Positions 56,643 through 64,000 of a stretch of 64,000 nucleotides of DNA are shown in pieces. Numbering within the stretch: the stretch's first letter is position 1; every line of letters starts with the position of its first letter. The stretch lies in NCBI RefSeq assembly GCF_009914755.1, contig NC_060925.1; one strand, 5' to 3'. The stretch comes from the human T2T-CHM13v2.0 reference genome, Homo sapiens. The translations under genes and the position numbers were made by a program. The notes beneath the pieces were generated by a model. It saw only the letters and a program-made list of their open reading frames with translations. It searched no databases and was not told the origin of the DNA.

Positions 56643-59600
56643 ATGAAATTGAAATGGATGGACTCATCATCGAATGGATTCGAATGGAATCATCGAATAA
56701 AATTGATTGAAATCATCATCGAATGGAATCGAATGGTATCATTGAATGGAATCGAATGGAATCATCATCAGATGGAAATGAATGGAATCGTCATAGAATG
56801 GAATCGAATGGATTCATTGAATGGAATCAGATGGAATCATCGAATGGACTGGAATGGAATCATTGAATGGACTCGAAAGGGATCATTATTGAATGGAATT
56901 GAATGGAATCATCGAATGGTCTCGATTGGAATCATTATCAAATGGAATCGAATGGAATCACCGAATAGAATCGAATGGAACAATCATCGAATGGACTCAA
57001 ATGGAATTATCCTCAAATGGAATGGAATGGAATTATCGAATGCAATCGAATGGAATTATCGAATGCAATCGAATAGAATCATCGAATGGACTCGAATGGA
57101 ATCATCGAATGGAATGGAATAGAACAGTCAATGAACTCGAATGGAATCATCATTGAATGGAATCGAATGGAATCATCGAGTGGAATCGAATGGAATTATG
57201 ATCAAATGGAATCGAATGTAATCATCATCAAATGGAATCAAAAATAACCATCATCAATTGGTATTGAATGGAATTGTCATCAAATGGAATTCAAAGGAAT
57301 CATCATCAAATGGAACCGAATGGAATCCTCATTGAATGGAAATGAAAGGGGTCATCATCTAATGGAATCGCATGGAATCATCATCAAATGGAATCGAATG
57401 GAATCATCATCAAATTGAATCTAATGGAATCATTGAAAAGAATTGAATGGAATCATCATCGAATGAATTGAATGCAATCATCGATTGGTCTCGAATGGAA
57501 TCATCTTCTAATGGAAAGGAATGGAATCATCGCATAGAATCGAATGGAATTATCATCGAATGGAATCAAATGGTATCAACACCAAACGGAAAAAAACGGA
57601 ATTATCGAATGGAATCGAAGAGAATCTTCGAACGGACCCGAATGGAATCATCTAATGGAATGGAATGGAATAATCCATGGACTCGAATGCAATCATCATC
57701 GAATGGAATCGAATGGAATCATCGAATGGACTCGAATGGAATAATCATTGAACGGAATCGAATGGAATCATCATCGGATGGAAACGAATGGAATCATCAT
57801 CGAATGGAAATGAAAGGAGTCATCATCTAATGGAATTGCATGGAATCATCATAAAATGGAATCGAATGGAATCAACATCAAATGGAATCAAATGGAATCA
57901 TTGAACGGAATTGAATGGAATCGTCATCGAATGAATTGAATGCAATCATCGAATGGTCTCGAATGGAATCATCTTCAAATGGAATGGAATGGAATCATCG
58001 CATAGAATCGAATGGAATTATCATCGAATGGAATCGAATGGAATCAACATCAAACGGAAAAAAACGGAATTATCGAATGGAATCGAAGAGAATCATCGAA
58101 TGGACCCGAATGGAATCATCTAATGGAATGGAATGGAATAATCCATGGACTCGAATGCAGTCATCATCGAATGGAATCGAATGGAATCATCGAATGGACT
58201 CGAATGGAATAATCATTGAACGGAATCGAATGGAATCGTCATCGGATGGCAATGAATGGAATCATCATCGAATGGAATCGAATAGAATTATGGAATGAAA
58301 TCCAGTGTGATCATCATCGAATGGACCCGAATGGAATCATCATCCAACGGAAGCTAATGGAATCAACATCGAATGAATCAAATGGAAATACCATCGAATT
58401 TAAACGAATGGAATTACCATGAAATTGAAATGGATGGACTCATCATCGAATGGATTCGAATGGAATCATCGAATAAAATTGATTGAAATCATCATCGAAT
58501 GGAATCGAATGGTATCATTGAATGGAATCGAATGGAATCATCATCAGATGGAAATGAATGGAATCGTCATAGAATGGAATCGAATGGATTCATTGAATGG
58601 AATCAGATGGAATCATTGAATGGACTGGAATGGAATCATTGAATGGACTCGAAAGGGATCATTATTGAATGGAATTGAATGGAATCATCGAATGGTCTCG
58701 ATTGGAATCATTATCAAATGGAATCGAATGGAATCACCGAATAGAATCGAATGGAACAATCATCGAATGGACTCAAATGGAATTATTCTCCAATGGAATC
58801 GAATGGAATTATCGAATGCAATCGAATGGAATTATCGAATGCAATCGAATAGAATCATCGAATGGACTCGAATGGAATCATCGAATGGAATGGAATGGAA
58901 CAGTCAATGAACTCGAATGGAATCATCACTGAATGGAATCGAATGGAATCATCGAGTGGAATCGAATGGAATTATGATCAAATGGAATCGAATGTAATCA
59001 TCATCAAATGGAATCAAAAATAACCATCATCAATTGGTATTGAATGGAATTGTCATCAAATGGAATTCAAAGGAATCATCATCAAATGGAACAGAATGGA
59101 ATCCTCGTTGAATGGAAATGAAAGGGGTCATCATCTAATGGAATCGCATGGAATCATCATCAAATGGAATCGAATGGAATCATCATCAAATGGAATCTGA
59201 TGGAATCATTGAACAGAATTGAATGGAATCGTCATCGAATGAATAGAATGCAATCATCGAATGGTCTCGAATGGAATCATCTTTTAATGGAAAGGAATGG
59301 AATCATCGCATAGAATCGAATGGAATTAACATTGAATGGACTCGAATGGAATCAACATCAAACGGAATCAAGCGGAATTATCGAATGGAATCGAAGAGAA
59401 TCATCGAATGGACTCGAATGGAATAATCTAATGGAATTGAATGGAATAATCCACGGACTCGAATGCAATCATCATCGTATAGAATCGAATGGAATCATCG
59501 AATGGACTCGAATGGAATAATCATTGAACGGAATCGAATGGAATCATCATCGGATGGAACCGAATGGAATCATCATCGTATGGAAATGAAAGGAGTCATC

Positions 59601-60194
59601 ATCTAATGGAATTGCATGGAATCATCATAAAATGGAATCGAATGGAATCAACATCAAATGGAATCAAATGGAATCATTGAACGGAATTGAATGGAATCGT
59701 CATCGAATGAATTGAATGCAATCATCCAATGGTCTCGAATGGAATCATCTTCAAATGGAATGGAATGGAATCATCGCATAGAATCGAATGGAATTTTCAT
59801 CGAATGGAATCGAATGGAATCAACATCAAACGGAAAAAAACGGAATTATCGAATGGAATCGAAGAGAATCATCGAATGGACCCGAATGGAATCATCTAAT
59901 GGAATGGAATGGAATAATCCATGGACTCGAATGCAATCATCATCGAATGGAATCGAATGGAATCATCGAATGGACTCGAATGGAATAATCATTGAACGGA
60001 ATAGAATGGAATCATCATCGGATGGAAATGAATGGAATCGTCATCGAATGGACTCGAATAGAATTATGGAATGAAATCCAGTGTGATCATCATCGAATGG
60101 ACCCAAATGGAATCATCATCCAACGGAAGCTAATGGAATCAACATCGAATGAATCAAATGGAAACACCATCGAATTGAAACGAATGGAATTACC

Positions 60195-62412
60195 ATGAAA
60201 TTGAAATGGATGGACTCATCATCGAATGGATTCGAATGGAATCATCGAATAAAATTGATTGAAATCATCATCGAATGGAATCGAATGGTATCATTGAATG
60301 GAATCGAATGGAATCATCATCAGATGGAAATGAATGGAATCGTCATAGAATGGAATCGAATGGATTCATTGAATGGAATCAGATGGAATCATCGAATGGA
60401 CTGGAATGGAATCATTGAATGGACTCGAAAGGGATCATGATTGAATGGAATTGAATGGAATCATCGAATGCTCTCGATTGGAATCATTATCAAATGGAAT
60501 CGAATGGAATCACCGAATAGAATCGAATGGAACAATCATCGAATGGACTCAAATGGAATTATCCTCAAATGGAATGGAATGGAATTATCGAATGCAATCG
60601 AATGGAATTATCGAATGCAATCGAATAGAATCATCGAATGGACTCGAATGGAATCATCGAATGGAATGGAATAGAACAGTCAATGAACTCGAATGGAATC
60701 ATCATTGAATGGAATCGAATGGAATCATCGAGTGGAATCGAATGGAATTATGATCAAATGGAATCGAATGTAATCATCATCAAATGGAATCAAAAATAAC
60801 CATCATCAATTGGTATTGAATGGAATTGTAATCAAATGGAATTCAAAGGAATCATCATCAAATGGAACCGAATGGAATCCTCATTGAATGGAAATGAAAG
60901 GGGTCATCATCTAATGGAATCGCATGGAATCATCATAAAATGGAATCGAATGGAATCATCATCAAATTGAATCTAATGGAATCATTGAAAAGAATTGAAT
61001 GGAATCATCATCGAATGAATTGAATGCAATCATCGATTGGTCTCGAATGGAATCATCTTCTAATGGAAAGGAATGGAATCATCGCATAGAATCGAATGGA
61101 ATTATCATCGAATGGAATCGAATGGTATCAACACCAAACGGAAAAAAACGGAATTATCGAATGGAATCGAAGAGAATCTTCAAACGGACCCGAATGGAAT
61201 CATCTAATGGAATGGAATGGAATAATCCATGGACTCGAATGCAATCATCATCGAATGGAATCGAATGGAATCATCGAATGGACTCGAATGGAATAATCAT
61301 TGAACGGAATCGAATGGAATCCTCATCGGATGGAAACGAATGGAATCATCATTGAATGGAAATGAAAGGAGTCATCATCTAATGGAATTGCATGGAATCA
61401 TCATAAAAAGGAATCGAATGGAATCAACATCAAATGGAATCAAATGGAATCATTGAACGGAATTGAATGGAATCGTCATCGAATGAATTGAATGCAATCA
61501 TCGAATGGTCTCCAATGGAATCATCTTCAAATGGAATGGAATGGAATCATCGCATAGAATCGAATGGAATTATCATCGAATGGAATCGAATGGAATCAAC
61601 ATCAAACGGAAAAAAACGGAATTATCGAATGGAATCGAAGAGAATCATCGAATGGACCCGAAAGGAATCATCTAATGGAATGGCATGGAATAATCCATGG
61701 ACTCGAATGCAATCATCATCGAATGGAATCGAATGGAATCATCGAATGGACTCGAATGGAATAATCATTGAACGGAATCGAATGGAATCATCATCGGATG
61801 GAAATGAAAGGAGTCATCATCTAATGGAATTGCATGGAATCATCATAAAATGGAATCGAATGGAATCAACATCAAATGGAATCAAATGGAATCATTGAAC
61901 GGAATTGAATGGAATCGTCATCGAATGAATTGAATGCAATCATCGAATGGTCTCGAATGGAATCATCTTCAAATGGAATGGAATGGAATCATCGCATAGA
62001 ATCGAATGGAATTATCATCGAATGGAATCGAATGGAATCAACATCAAACGGAAAAAAACGGAATTATCGAATGGAATCGAAGAGAATCATCGAATGGACC
62101 CGAATGGAATCATCTAATGGAATGGAATGGAATAATCCATGGACTCGAATGCAATCATCATCGAATGGAATCGAATGGAATCATCGAATGGACTCGAATG
62201 GAATAATCATTGAACGGAATCGAATGGAATCGTCATCGGATGGCAATGAATGGAATCATCATCGAATGGAATCGAATAGAATTATGGAATGAAATCCAGT
62301 GTGATCATCATCGAATGGACCCGAATGGAATCATCATCCAACGGAAGCTAATGGAATCAACATCGAATGAATCAAATGGAAATACCATCGAATTGAAACG
62401 AATGGAATTACC
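60195..62412 (+). repeat. 2218 bp variant unit with three sub-repeats (+442 bp)
   Basis: Sub-repeat ORF starts 60999, 61467, 61909 (468 and 442 apart); junction CGGATGGAAATGAAAGGAGTC at ~61795-61815. Confidence 0.9.
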
Positions 62413-64000
62413 ATGAAATTGAAATGGATGGACTCATCATCGAATGGATTCGAATGGAATCATCGAATAAAATTGATTGAAATCATCATCGAATGGAATC
62501 GAATGGTATCATTGAATGGAATCGAATGGAATCATCATCAGATGGAAATGAATGGAATCGTCATAGAATGGAATCGAATGGATTCATTGAATGGAATCAG
62601 ATGGAATCATTGAATGGACTGGAATGGAATCATTGAATGGACTCGAAAGGGATCATTATTGAATGGAATTGAATGGAATCATCGAATGGTCTCGATTGGA
62701 ATCATTATCAAATGGAATCGAATGGAATCACCGAATAGAATCGAATGGAACAATCATCGAATGGACTCAAATGGAATTATCCTCAAATGGAATCGAATGG
62801 AATTATCGAATGCAATCGAATGGAATTATCGAATGCAATCGAAAAGAATCATCGAATGGACTCGAATGGAATCATCGAATGGAATGAAATGGAACAGTCA
62901 ATGAACTCGAATGGAATCATCATTGAATGGAATCGAATGGAATCATCGAGTGGAATCGAATGGAATTATGATCAAATGGAATCGAATGTAATCATCATCA
63001 AATGGAATCAAAAATAACCATCATCAATTGGTATTGAATGGAATTGTCATCAAATGGAATTCAAAGGAATCATCATCAAATGGAACCGAATGGAATCCTC
63101 ATTGAATGGAAATGAAAGGGGTCATCATCTAATGGAATCGCATGGAATCATCATCAAATGGAATCGAATGGAATCATCATCAAATTGAATCTAATGGAAT
63201 CATTGAAAGAATTGAATGGAATCATCATCGAATGAATTGAATGCAATCATCGAATGGTCTCGAATGGAATCACCTTCTAATGGAAAGGAATGGAATCATC
63301 GCATAGAATCGAATGGAATTATCATCGAATGGAATCGAATGGTATCAACACCAAACGGAAAAAAACGGAATTATCGAATGGAATCGAAGAGAATCTTCGA
63401 ACGGACCCGAATGGAATCATCTAATGGAATGGAATGGAATAATCCATGGACTCGAATGCAATCATCATCGAATGGAATCGAATGGAATCATCGAATGGAC
63501 TCGAATGGAATAATCATTGAACGGAATCGAATGGAATCATCATCGGACGGAAACGAATGGAATCATCATCGAATGGGAATGAAAGGAGTCATTATCTAAT
63601 GGAATTGCATGGAATCATCATAAAAAGGAATCGAATGGAATCAACATCAAATGGAATCAAATGGAATCATTGAACGGAATTGAATGGAATCGTCATCGAA
63701 TGAATTGAATGCAATCATCGAATGGTCTCAAATGGAATCATCTTCAAATGGAATGGAATGGAATCATCGCATAGAATCGAATGGAATTATCATCGAATGT
63801 AATCGAATGGAATCAACACCAAACGGAAAAAAACGGAATTATCGAATGGAATCGAAGAGAATCATCGAATGGACCCGAATGGAATCATCTAATGGAATGG
63901 AATGGAATAATCCATGGACTCGAATGCAATCATCATCGAATGGAATCGAATGGAATCATCGAATGGACTCGAATGGAATAATCATTGAACGGAATCGAAT

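Larger units (their letters stand above)
1..64000 (+). repeat. Human Satellite 2 (HSat2/HSATII) tandem array, ~36 copies of a 1776 bp higher-order unit; probably the chr1q12 HSat2A (D1Z1/pUC1.77) array
   Basis: Seen: the entire window is GAATG/GAATC pentamers with ATC/ATCATC spacers, the reverse complement of the HSat2 CATTCGATTC signature. Landmark ATGAAATTGAAA(T/C)GG at 261, 2037, 3959, 5731, 7503, 9279, 11055, 12805, 15644, 18483, 20259, 22009, 23785, 25561, 27311, 28915, 30691, 32441, 34222, 35998, 37774, 39524, 41305, 43081, 44857, 46779, 48555, 50477, 52253, 53561, 55335, 56643, 58419, 60195, 62413; modal spacing 1776. Known: the 1.77 kb EcoRI satellite repeat characterises human 1q12. 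Strand denotes the GAATG-rich strand. Confidence 0.97.

Noticed and set aside
58-63981. About 230 short plus-strand ORFs (60-170 aa; MESSSNG.., NGIIEW.., WNRME..)
   Set aside because: They are translations of GAATG/ATC repeats, overlapping in several frames, repeating with the unit, and freely broken by stops and frameshifts between copies. No recognisable domain. Such peptides are a known source of spurious 'hypothetical protein' annotations.
1-64000. CRISPR-like regular 23-26 bp repeats
   Set aside because: No unique spacers, leader or cas genes; the intervening DNA is the same satellite.
1-64000. Assignment to HSat3 or to alpha satellite / centromere core
   Set aside because: Pure (GAATG)n runs are only 3-4 copies long and the ATCATCGAATGGAATCG pattern is HSat2. 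No 171 bp monomer or CENP-B box was seen.
1-64000. Heat-shock elements from abundant nGAAn
   Set aside because: GAA pentamers are head-to-tail rather than the alternating inverted arrangement of a canonical HSE; HSF1 stress bodies are classically tied to HSat3.
1-64000. A novel multi-gene or mobile biological system hidden in the window
   Set aside because: No non-satellite segment was found. Landmark spacings are all explained by internal indels, leaving no room for an insertion.

Overview
The whole 64 kb window is one uninterrupted, single-orientation tandem array of human-type classical Satellite 2 (HSat2/HSATII). It is built from degenerate GAATG (CATTC on the minus strand) pentamers arranged as ~23-26 bp sub-units such as AATGGAATCGAATGGAATCATCATCG. 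The dominant higher-order unit is 1776 bp, with one EcoRI site and an internal 468 bp tandem duplication. This matches the classical 1.77 kb EcoRI repeat (pUC1.77/D1Z1, HSat2A) of chromosome 1q12 pericentromeric heterochromatin; the chromosomal assignment is an inference from unit length and motif. A unique landmark (ATGAAATTGAAA(T/C)GG) occurs 35 times. Its spacings are 1776 bp (most common), 1922, 1772, 1750, 2839 (1776+1063), 1604, 1781, 1308, 1774 and 2218 bp. I see no genes, RNA genes, transposon insertions, inversions or CRISPR arrays, and all listed ORFs are artefacts of the repeat. I cannot support a new biological system. What is worth a second look is the array's readable mutational history: homology-mediated indels, nested multi-unit duplications (periods 2839, 3082, 3552, 3698, 7083 and 9204 bp, plus a 46518 bp recurrence), a length-neutral 26 bp register shift, and a sub-domain switch near 52.2 kb. 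All comparisons were made by eye, so breakpoints are approximate.
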